DNA of 59,448 nucleotides, taken from the NCBI GenBank assembly GCA_001784175.1, contig MFPR01000041.1, positions 62,001-121,448 of the forward strand, given 5' to 3'. Numbering within the stretch: position 1 is the stretch's first letter; every line of letters begins with the position of its first letter. Position numbers and translations under genes: made by a program. The notes beneath the pieces are model-generated. The model did not search any database. It was not told where the DNA came from and worked only from the letters and a program-made list of their open reading frames with translations. The stretch is from Candidatus Lindowbacteria bacterium RIFCSPLOWO2_12_FULL_62_27. GTDB lineage: Bacteria; Lindowbacteria; 2-12-FULL-62-27. Of the stretch, positions 29,896 through 41,200 are shown piece by piece.

Positions 29896-32226
29896 TTGGT
29901 GAGCGGGATCCTCGGCGTCTGCCGGATCGAGCGCGAAGACGCCCCGGCGTTCGTCCGGATGGCCCTGCTGGTCCTGCCGGCGTCGGCCGTGATCGCGGCG
30001 CTCCAGGTCATCACGTATTCGCTCTTCGTGTTCCATGTCGGCATGGCGTCGATCTCCTGGCGATACATCTTCTCCGCGGTCTTTCTGTGCGTCTTCGGCG
30101 GATTCGCGATGCCGGCGCTCGCCGGCGCCGATTCGTTCAGGGGATACCGGCGAACGGTCCTCGGTTGTTCGATCTCTCTCGGAGTCTGTGCGCTGTCCAT
30201 GGGCGCCCACCGGCCGATCGTCTTCTACCTGGCGTCGGCCATCGCCGCGCTGACGGAGGCGCTGAGTTATTTCGTCTTCTGGAAAATGATTTACGAGGTC
30301 TGCGAAAGTGATCGGGCGGACCGGATCTTCTCCCCGGTCGTCGGCCTTTCCGTCCTCGGCGGCGCGATCGGGTGCATCGGCACCGGGATCATCGTCGAGT
30401 CGATCGACGCGTCGCTTCTGCTGTTCGTTTCCGCAGTCTTGCTGCCGACGACGCTCCTCGCGGCCCGCGCGCTCGAGCGCGTCGCGTACGCGGGCGACCC
30501 GAAGCCGGGCGCGGCGCCCTGGAGCGAACTCAAGGAAACGGTGCGTGCTGTGCGCCATCAACCGCTGGCGCGCCTGCTCATCATCGGCATGCTCATCAGC
30601 GTCGGCATCTCGTGCCTGTCGGACTGCCTGTACAACGTCATGGTCGTCTGGAAGTTCACTCTCAACGGAGAAATTCTCGAGCAGAAGCTCGTGTCCTTCT
30701 ACGCGTATTTCGACGCCATCACGGCGATCCTCACGGTCGCCGTCTACTTCTTCCTGATCGGTCCGATCATGAATCGCCTCGGCGCGGCGCGCGCCCAATT
30801 GCTTCTTCCGGGCGTTCTCTGCTCGGGGTTCAGCCTGGTCGTCGTCGCCGGAGTCCTCAAGGAAACGGCCGTGACGCTGGGCCTCACGCTCGGCATGCGC
30901 CTCGGCCAACTGCTCTGCGCCAACAGCGTCCACGCCTACGCGATCGATCCCATCGATGACGCCGCGCTGGAGAATGAGAGTTCCGCGACCAAGGACCTCC
31001 GGAACGCAACGATCCTGCAAATATCCTACTGCGTCTCCGGCGTCGCCATCCTGCTCACCGAAACCGTCCCCCTCGTGTATTTGGCCGGCCTCTCGATGGC
31101 GGCCGCCGCCGTGTACCTCGGCGTCGCGCTTCGCATGAAACGCGTCTACCTGGAGGAACAAGAGGAGGATCCCGGCGCGGGAGTGCTCTTTCCGGCGGCG
31201 CGCGCCATCGTCCTTGCGATCGCCGGCACACTCGCGGCGGCGGTCGTGGCGTATGCCGTCATGTACGCTCTTTCGTTCAGGTCGGTTGGGGTCGAGGCCG
31301 TGAAAACTGCCGCCGCTCCGGCCGGGGCGCAAACCGGCGCCGCTCCCGCGTCGGGACAGGCGGCAGTCGATGAGGGGACGCGGGTGGAGATCCGTGAACG
31401 GGAGACGGCGACGGCGGGCGCGCGCGCGGCCGCCGAGGAAGCCGGCGAGGCGCACGCGAAGGCCGAGGCGCGGGTCGACGAGGCCGCTGCGAAATTGGAA
31501 GTTCTCGTCGGCGGCATGAAAGACAATCCGCTGTTGAAATCCCTGACCCAGCACCAGAACTTTTTCGATCAGAGCCAGGGTCTGAACAAACTCCTGCGGG
31601 ATCTTCGAGACGAGGCCCGGCGGACCGGCCGGCGCTTTCAGGAACTGTCCGACACCGCCGCCTATCTCGCGGACCTTGTCGAGCTGGCCCGAAACCCCGG
31701 CGGCCCCATGGCCGCGAAATATCCGCGGGAAGCTGAACTTGTGCGGGCCTCGATCGCGCGCCGAAACGCGGAACCCGCCGACGCCGGGGAGTCGGGCGCG
31801 CCGGAGATCGTCTTCCGCGTCGAACCCGGCGTGCTCGTGCTTTCGACGGAAAACAGTGCCTCGAAATCCATCTCGGGCCTGTCGGTCACCCTCGCGGGCG
31901 GGGGATTCAAGGACGGCGACGTCATTGTGATGCAGGTTGACGCGCCGGGAGAACCGTGGTCGTGGAAATTCACAGCCGGAGAGCCGTTCAACGTCTCCTC
32001 GCGCCTCAAGCGATATTCGATCGACCTGTCGGCGTCCGGCCGCGCGGAGCGATCGGGTGCCGGCATCGCGATCGCGGCCGATTGTGTCGTCACCTTTACG
32101 GACGTCGCCATGGTCGGCGAATACGCGTGGACGGGGTCGATCGCCGTTTTCCGTGACGGCCGGCGGATTGGCTCGCGTCCGTTCAAACTCGTCGTGACGC
32201 CGGGCGCGGCGGTCACAGGCCCGTGA
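29896..32226 (+). CDS. MFS/Npt-like multi-pass membrane protein fused to a coiled coil and a beta-rich C-terminal domain
   Basis: About 12-13 hydrophobic segments; FWKMIYEV...ADRIFSPV..LSVLGGAIG resembles NTT/AAA-family helices; soluble C-terminal ~300 aa. Confidence 0.6.
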   Translation: MVSGILGVCRIEREDAPAFVRMALLVLPASAVIAALQVITYSLFVFHVGMASISWRYIFSAVFLCVFGGFAMPALAGADSFRGYRRTVLGCSISLGVCALSMGAHRPIVFYLASAIAALTEALSYFVFWKMIYEVCESDRADRIFSPVVGLSVLGGAIGCIGTGIIVESIDASLLLFVSAVLLPTTLLAARALERVAYAGDPKPGAAPWSELKETVRAVRHQPLARLLIIGMLISVGISCLSDCLYNVMVVWKFTLNGEILEQKLVSFYAYFDAITAILTVAVYFFLIGPIMNRLGAARAQLLLPGVLCSGFSLVVVAGVLKETAVTLGLTLGMRLGQLLCANSVHAYAIDPIDDAALENESSATKDLRNATILQISYCVSGVAILLTETVPLVYLAGLSMAAAAVYLGVALRMKRVYLEEQEEDPGAGVLFPAARAIVLAIAGTLAAAVVAYAVMYALSFRSVGVEAVKTAAAPAGAQTGAAPASGQAAVDEGTRVEIRERETATAGARAAAEEAGEAHAKAEARVDEAAAKLEVLVGGMKDNPLLKSLTQHQNFFDQSQGLNKLLRDLRDEARRTGRRFQELSDTAAYLADLVELARNPGGPMAAKYPREAELVRASIARRNAEPADAGESGAPEIVFRVEPGVLVLSTENSASKSISGLSVTLAGGGFKDGDVIVMQVDAPGEPWSWKFTAGEPFNVSSRLKRYSIDLSASGRAERSGAGIAIAADCVVTFTDVAMVGEYAWTGSIAVFRDGRRIGSRPFKLVVTPGAAVTGP

Positions 32227-35200
32227 ATCGATCCCGAAAACGGATTCGTGCGAATCGGGCGCCGGCCCTGCTTTTTTTACTCCTGATCGCTTTTCCCGCC
32301 CTTGCCGCCGACATCACCGGCAGGGCGCTCGTCCCGCTGAAAGACGGCTCGCAGGCGTATGTATTCCTCCTGAACAACTACGACCGGACCCGGGACGGGG
32401 AAATTTACGTCATCGTCACCTCGGGCGGAACGCGCACCGCGTACAAGCCGCAGGAGAATATTCTCGACGCGCCCGCGCAGAAGGGGAGCTGGGGCGTCAA
32501 ACTCAGGGGCGATGTCCAGATCTCGATGGTCGAGGTCGTGCTCTACGGAAACCCGCCCGCGCCGGTTTCCGCGCCCGTCCTCGCGTTGCCTCCCGCCCTT
32601 GCGGGCAAATGGACGCTCTCCGACCGTATGGCCGGCGCGCTCACGCTGAAACTCGAGGCCGAGGGCGACGCGGCGAAGGGATACACGCTGACCGGCAAGG
32701 CATCGGTCAAGGACGCGGGCGAGTTCGCCGTCACCGGCACGTGGAATCCGGCGAAGCCCAGCGCGCCCCTCATCATCGAAACCTCGAATGTTTTCAAACA
32801 ACTCCTCGAAGGGCTGCTCGGCCAGTCGTACCCGGCGGACGCATTTTCGCTCGGAGAAAAAATCACCGCGATAATCAACCTCCCGACGGAATGGACCGCG
32901 CAGCTTAAGAAGGGCATCAAATCGCAGGACGACCTCAAGGCATTCTCCGCCGGACAGGTGGCGGTAGGCATCGCGGTTCCGTTCACGCTGAAAATCGACC
33001 CGACAAAACCGGCGTTCAACCTGATGGCGAGGATCAACCCGGTGGCCAAGACGGTGAGCCTGTCTCTTGGCGCGGGACAGAAATGGGATAAGCCGTTTGA
33101 CTTTCTGCCTGTGTCGTTCGACCAGATCGCGCTGACAACCGATTTCAAATTCGAGAGCCTGAACGCGAAGGCGGCCGGCAACATCGAGTTCTTCGGACTG
33201 ATTCCGGTGGATTTGGATATGATCACACTCAAGGGCATGAAGCCGGACTTGAAACTCACGATCAAGCCAGACGTGAACATCCTCATCGGCGCGCTGGGCA
33301 AGCTCGAAATTCCGGTTGAGCTCAAAGATATTTTCCTGCCGGTACTCAACAAGCTCGAGTTCGGGACGTTTAATCTCGGCGGCTTGGGCGACCTCGGCAT
33401 CAGCGGCAAACTGCCGTCGCTGAAGATGGACTTTAAAATCAAGACGTTGCATTTCGACCGCACGTTCAATCTCGACATGCCCGAATTCAGTTTCCGGAAA
33501 CCGGCCCTCTTCATCGCCGAGCTTGGCAAGATCGTCCTGCCGGAACTCAAGGCGAACTTCGACATCATCCTGGCGGATCTGGCGTTTGACGGGCTGATCG
33601 GCAAATGGACGCTGGCGGACTTGAGCATCGATGTTGGATCGATCAAGGTCACGGCCGAGGGCGACCCGATGGCGGGCTATGACCTCGCGTGCGCGATCAC
33701 GGTGAAGGACGTCGGCACGATGAACGCCGTCGGCAAATGGAGCCCGGCCGCGCCGCTTGCGCCCGTCACGTTTCATGTTGACAACATCTTCAAGTCCGCG
33801 TTCGAGGGGCTACTGGGCGGCGCGTATCCGTCGGAGGCGTTTTCGCTCGACGAGAAAATCGACGTGACGGTGGGGCTCGACCCGAATTGGGTGGAACAAT
33901 TGAAAAAAGGATCGAAAGGCGCGACGACCATCAAGACCGGGACCTACACCCTGGTCGCGAAGATGCCGTTCAAATTAAAACTCGACCCGATGAAGCCGAT
34001 GTTCAATCTGACGGCGACGATCGACGCCGTGGCGAAGACCGTGGCCGTGGGGCTGGACGAAGGTCAGAAGTGGGATCAGCCATTCGATTTCCTGCCGGTC
34101 ACGTTCGACAAGATCGACCTCACATCCGATTTTAAATTCGAGAGCCTGAACGCGAAGGCGGCCGGCAACATCGAATTTTTCGGAGCGATCCCGGCGAGTC
34201 TCGATATGATCACGCTCAAGGGCATGAAGCCGGACCTGAAACTCACGATCAAGCCCGACGTGAACATCCTCATCGGCGCGCTGGGCAAACTCGACATCCC
34301 GATTGAGCTGAAAGACATCTTTATCCCGCTTCTCGATAAATTCGAGTTTGGCGCGTTTGAGCTCGGCGGGATCGGCGACCTCGGCATCAGCGGGAAACTG
34401 CCGTCGCTCAAAATGGACTTCAAACTCAAACTCCCGAACTTCGAGCACACCTTCAAATTGGACATGCCCGAATTCAATTTCCGCAAGCCCGATCTCTTCA
34501 CCGCCGAACTCGGTAAAATCGTTCTGCCCGTCCTCCAGGCGAATCTGCCCGATATCACAATGGGCCTGGCGCTCGAGCTTGCAACGGGCAAATGGCCGCT
34601 GGTGGATTTGAATATCGACCTCGTGAAACTGAAACTCGACGCGGAAGGCGATCCGACCAAGGGATTCACGCTCGACGGCGTCATCACCGTCAAGGATCTC
34701 GGCGACTTCAAAGTGAACGGCCTCTGGGGCAAGGACGATCCTTCAAAAGTCGTGTTCGACGTGGACAACGCCGCCCAGTCAGTTTTAGACGCGACGATCG
34801 GCAAGGCCGTGCCGAAGGACTGGTTCAAGATGGGCGACAAGATAACCGTGACGGCGACGCTCGACAAGGAGTGGTCGGACCAGCTCACGAAGGGCGCCAA
34901 GGCGGCGAACCCGTTTGACAAGGGAAACTTTACAGTCGATATCTCGTTCCCGCTCACGCTGAAATTCGACCCGACGAAAGATGCGTTCAAACTGACCGCG
35001 CACATCGACCCGCAGGCCAAGACGGCGACGATTGGCCTCGACGCGGGGCAGACGTGGTCGGACCCGTTCGGATATCTTCCCGTGACGTTCACCCAAATTG
35101 ACATGGCGTCGGACGTGAAGTTCTCGAAGATAGCGATGACGTCGACCGCCGACATGACGTTCATCAAGCCGATCCCGCTCAAGCTCGACGCGACGATCGC

Positions 35201-38200
35201 AAACGGCGCGGTGACGAATTTCAAACTCATCGTGACCCCGCCCGCGGATTTTCCAAGCGCGGTCCTGAATGCCATGAAGATTCCGGGGAACCTGTCGCTG
35301 TCTCTCGACGACGTGAAGTGGGCGCTTGACGAAATTCTGAAAAATATCAAAATGGGCGAGATCACCATCTCCGCGCCCGACTTCAACGCCAAGGTCGCCG
35401 ACATCGGCCTGAAATTCAGCGTCGACCTGCCGAGCTGGAAATATGATTTCGATTTCAAGGCGCCGGGAGTCAATCTGAAGAATCTCGACAAATTCTACGT
35501 CGATTTCGGCAACTATGTCGTCCCGGTTCTGGTCGCGAACTTCGACAAAATCACGGCGGGATTGATCTTCAAGGGCATCGCGGGCAAGTGGCCGCTGGGC
35601 GATGTTGACCTTGGCATCGCGTCGGCGAACCTCGAGGCCGAAGGTGACCCGACTAAGGGCTACACCCTCACGGGCAAGATCACGGTCGTGGAAGCGGGCG
35701 ATTTCACCATCAACGGATTCTGGAGCCCGTCCACGCCGCTCGATCCGATCAACTTCAAAGCGGACAACCTCTTCAAGACCGCCATGGACAAGCGTCTCGA
35801 CCAGCTTGTTCCGAAGGACTGGATCAAACTCGACGAGAAGATCAACATCAAAGTCGGCCTTTCGGAATCGTGGGTCAACAAATTGCAGCGCGGCGGCAGA
35901 GCGGACGCGAAGACGCCGGCGGCCGGCGGGGACAAATTTACCCTTGAGGTGTCGATGCCGCTCAAGATGATACTTGATCCGAAAAAACCGCCGTTCAATA
36001 TGACTGCGTCGTACCAGCCGCTGAACGACGTCATCTCGCTCTCGCTCGACGACGGCCAGGTTTGGGAAAAGCCGCTCGATATTCTGCCCGTCAGATTCGA
36101 CAAACTCGCGCTCGGGGCCGACCCGTCCCTCACCACGCTCACCGTGAACACGTCCGGCAAACTGGATTTTCTCGTGCCGTGCGACGTTGTTCTCGTGATG
36201 GAGACGAAAAAAGGCGCCGCCCCGAGTTACACGGTCAACCTGAAACCCGCGGCGGGCACGAACATCGTCAAGGCGATTCTCGACGGCAGAGTTCCGCCCG
36301 CAAGTCTCGCGCTGGTTAACGGCCTTCTGCCGAACACCGTGGTCGAGGAAATCAGCGTCGCCATGGACGCGACAAAATCAAAGCCGGATATCCGGCTGAA
36401 GTTCACGATGTCGAAGGAGTCGCTCTCCCAGACGTTCGATATTCTGGTGAAGGAAGCAGACATGAGCAATTCGGGCGACTTCTCCGCCAAGGCGGCGCCG
36501 CAAATTCTCGATCAGCTTTCCGGCGGCACAATCGGCGCGGCCACGACGGAACTGTTGGACAAACTCGGATTGAGCGGCGACTGGACGATCATCGATCTCA
36601 ACATCGCGAGCCAGCTGATCCTGAAAGTGAACGTCAAGGGGTCGCCCGCGAAGGGCTACGACATCACGTCGGACATCAAACCGCTCGTCTTCGACCAGTT
36701 CAAACTGACGGGCCGATGGGACCCGGCGAAACCGGCCGACCCGGTTACGCTCACCGCGGACAAAAATGTTTTCAAACCGGTCTTCGACAAGACCATCGGC
36801 AAACAACTTCCCACAGGCTGGATGGTATTGAAGGACGAACTCTTTGTGGTCATCACGTTCCCGTCGGCCATCACGGACGCGCTCACATCCGGCGGGTCGG
36901 CCGGCGCCGGCGCGACAACCGGCGCGGACGGTATCGACATGGAAATCGGGTTCCCGATGGAACTGAAGATCGATCCGACGAAAGAAAAGAGGCTTGACAT
37001 GATCGGAAGTGTTCTGCCGATGAAATCGCAGGCGCAGTTGGCTCTCGCCGCTGGACAGGTCTGGGACAAGCCGTTTGGATTCGTGCCCGCGACATTCAAT
37101 ACGTTTACGGCCGCGTCGGATCCGAGTTTCACGCAGATCACGATCCATGGCGAAGGCACATCGGACTTCCTCGAGGGCGAGAAAATCGACTTCAAAATCG
37201 ACATCGTGTCCGTCCAGGGACAGAAACCCACACTGGAAATCAATGCGACGCCCACGCCGGGCATGGCCAAGGCGATGATGAAGAAGGCGAATATTCCGGC
37301 CTCTTTGCAGGACTGCATCGCGACGATCGAGTTGAACAAGATCGACATGTCCGCGGATTTTTCGAGTGTCATCAACGGCGTGGTTCCGTACTGCAAGCTC
37401 TCGTTCACGTTGAATCATCCGCTTGCGGGGAGGCTGAACATTGATGTCGGACTGCCGGCCGGCGATATGAAAGATCCGGCGGGATTCGCGAAGACAGTCG
37501 CGGAGAACGTGGTCAGTCAGCTTGAAAATATCGTGTCGCAGGTCGTCGGAAACGTCAGCAAAAAACTCGAGAACGCCGCGAAGGATCCCGTCGGCACCGC
37601 CAAAGATCTCGCCAACACCGCCGGCAACACAGCGCAGGACATCGCCGCGTCAACAAAGGATTTCTTCAAGGATCCGGGCCGGAACACGGTGGATCTCGCC
37701 AAAAATGCCGCGAAGATGGCCGAAGATCTCGGCAAGCAGGTCGTGTCCAATGTAACCGCCAAGCTCGAAAAAATCGCCGAAGATCCGATCGGCGCCGCCA
37801 TCGAGGCCGCGCAGGCCGCTTACGACGCGGCGGTGAGCGTCGCCAACAGCATCGCGGACTTCTTTTCGGATATCGGCAGTGCGATCGTAGACTTCTTCGG
37901 CGGCGGGGACGACGGCCCCAGCGACGAGGAGATCGCCGCGCAGGAGGCGGCGGACAAAGCGAAGGCGGATGCGCAGAAAAAATTGAATGATTTGTACATA
38001 GAACAGATGAACAAGCGGATTGCGGAAATACTTCGCAACGCCGACTTCGAAAATTGCAAGAAAGCCATCGCCGCCGCGACAACCATGCAGGAGGCCGAGA
38101 AGATCGCGTACAACGACTTCCAGCCGGCCTATTCGCATCTGTTGAACTCGGACAAGACTCAATTGTACGAAGAGGTCAAGAAGAAGGCGATGTCCATCGC

Positions 38201-41200
38201 GCCGCCGCCATCCGAGTCGATGGCCTGGTGGCGGAACAAGATGTCCGACGCCGAAATCTGGTGGCTCGACGACGGGATCAAATTCATCGACGGCAAGGAA
38301 TTTCCGAACAACACATGGTTCTCGAATGTCTCCGGCCTCTCGGCGGCGGACAAGGCCGCGCTGAAGAGCGAGATGAAAGCGAAACAGCCAGCCAAGCTTC
38401 TGAAGTGGCAGACGAAGTATATTCGCGATTATCGCGAGGGCATGGACTGGGCCTTCACGATTCAGGATGTGCTGAATCAGATTGAGTGGATCAACAATGA
38501 CATCATGAACCGCCTCAACCAGGACCAGGTCGCCGATCTGAAAAAATATGCGGATGCCGCGATCGCAAGGGTCAACGCCGCATGGCTGGAAAAGTTCACG
38601 GACCAGATAAACGGCGCGAGCACTGAATATCGGCTGTATGAGGTGCAGTCCGATATGGAGATCAGCTACAACCTGACGGCGCCGCAAAAGGCGGTCTTGA
38701 AGAAAAAAATTGCCGCGCTCCTGCCCAACATCAAGACACAGGGGCCGATCAACGCGATGAGGAATATGGAGAAACGGATCGCGGAGGAAATGAATTTCGC
38801 AGTCCTCAAAGGGCTTGACGAGCGTCTGACTGCGGGCCCGTTGGAAATGCCGTTCGCCGCGAATTCCGTGGAAGACGTTATAACGCAGATTAAATTGAGC
38901 CACGATGATGCGCTTGACGCGGATTTGAGCGTATTGTCCGACGATTCAAAGGAAATCCTGGGCGGGCTGATCCGGCAACGCATATACAGTCTGCGCGGAA
39001 TACACGACGCCGTGGTGAATGTGCAACTGAAGCGCATATCTAATATGATGCTTGGCTCCGAAATTGAACTCCTGAGCTACCAAATAGACGGCCGCGCCGC
39101 CCCCGATCTCTCTTATTTGGGCGATGACAACAAAAAGAAATTGCGGGATGAAATCCAAAAGCGATTTAATCAGGCGCCTATCCGTCAGAAGGCGTTTGAT
39201 GAGATGTATCTGGCAATCGATAATGCGGCGACTTGGGCGGATCTTACAAAACTCCAGGACGCTCTCTCCGGAAAGAGCGTTGAGGGCTTGCCGGTTATTT
39301 TGAACCTGACCGAACTCGACATCGAGCGGCTGACCGAGAGGGTCACGGAAAAGCTGGACGTCATCAATACTGAACTGAAGAAGTTCCGCGCGGGAATCGC
39401 CGCCGCGACCACGAACGCCGATATCAAGTCATGGAAAGGAAAGATTGATGAAAACAAATCGCTGGCCGCCGACCAGAAGAAGGCGCTGAAAGACGAGGCC
39501 GACGCGAAATTCGCGGAACTAGCCGCGAAGGAATTAAAAAGCATGCAGGACGGCATCACCGCCGCGACGACAAGCGCCGATATCAGCACGTGGGAATGGT
39601 CGATCGACAACAGCGACTTGCTCACCGCCGACCAGAAAAAGACGTTGAAATCGCAGTCCAAAGCGAAGCGCATTCCGCTCCTCATCTCCTACCCTTTCGA
39701 TCAGACGATGGACATCGCCAACCTCAACCGGTGGAAAGGCATGCTCAACGGCACGGCCATCGACCGGTATCCGGTCACGCTGGATTATCTGAAAGAGCCC
39801 GAGGTCACGATGATCAAGGAAAACATTCTCTCGCTGACTGCGGATCAGAAGGCCGGCTACCTGAAGACAATCGAAGAGCGCCTGGTCATCGCGAACAAGG
39901 AGCGTGAAGAATACGTGGCCGCCGCCAAGGCCAAGACCGCCAGCCTGACGAAGTACGCAGAATTGGTCGAGCACAAAGATCATATCAAAACGTCTTCGGG
40001 TCTACCGGATGACATCAAGGCGACGCTGACGGGCGAAGTGGACGTGAAAATCCAGTCGCTCTTCGGCGCGGAACTCGACGGGTATATGGCCACGTTCCGT
40101 AGCGCCCTCGTGGATGCCGACGGTATGTCCTCCGAGAAGCGCACGTTGCGGCTGAAAGCTATCGAAGACTATCTCAATGGCTATTATGCGTCTCTCACCG
40201 GGCTTCCGAACATAAAGTTCATGACCGCGGACCAGATCGCGATGATGAAGAAGGAAGTCGCGCTGGCGAAAAATCCCCCGAGCGCCACGGACCGCGCGGC
40301 CGTGGTCAAAAAATACACCGACGCCATCGCGGCGGCAAAGGATGAAGCGGCCATCAAAACCCTGAAGGCGCAGATCGAGTCGGACTCGACGCTCTTATGG
40401 TCCGACAAATATCCTCTGATCGGGTCGATCAACGCGAAAACGGTCATGAAGCTGACCATGCCGGAGAACGTCAAGGTCGGCAAGGAGATCAGGCTGAACA
40501 TTTCCGGCGGCTGGGCGCCGTTTAAGTACGAACTCGAACGCAATAGGTCCGGAGCCTCCTTCGTCGGCGACGTCTACAAGACCGGATCGTTTGCGACGGC
40601 CATGAATGAAATGGGAAATATCATTGTCGTCACCGACGCGACCGGACAGACCCAGAAAGCGAATGTCCGCACCATCGCGGGCATTACCGTCAGCCCGTCG
40701 GGAAAAACCAGCGTGATGGCGGGGGGCAGTATCACGTTTACCGCTCCCGGCGGCGTCGGAACTCCCAGTTTTTCCCTGGACCCGAACAATTCGAATGGTT
40801 TCATCAATGAACAGACGGGCGTCTATACCGCGGGCACAGGAAAATCGAATGTGGAGGATGGGATCAAGGCTCGCGACTTCGACTTCAACTCCGATGTCGT
40901 CACGGTGTTTGTTTATCCCAAGCCGACGGCGCAAGTCAGCGACGATCGCGCAAAAACGTTCCGGGACCGGCTGGCCGCCGCGAATTCGGTCGAGGCCGCT
41001 GAATTGGTGAAGACGGAACTCAACGCGGATACTCTGCTGACGCAGGAGAAGAAGGCCGAGTTGATCAAGGAGGCCGATGCCCGGGCAAGTCTTCCCGATC
41101 TGAAGGAAAAGGCGCAGAAAGAGGCGCTCGCGAACTTCCCGAAAAAACTTAAGGATTGGATCGCCACGGAATCGAGCGCGGATCGCCTTGATGTGGTCGG

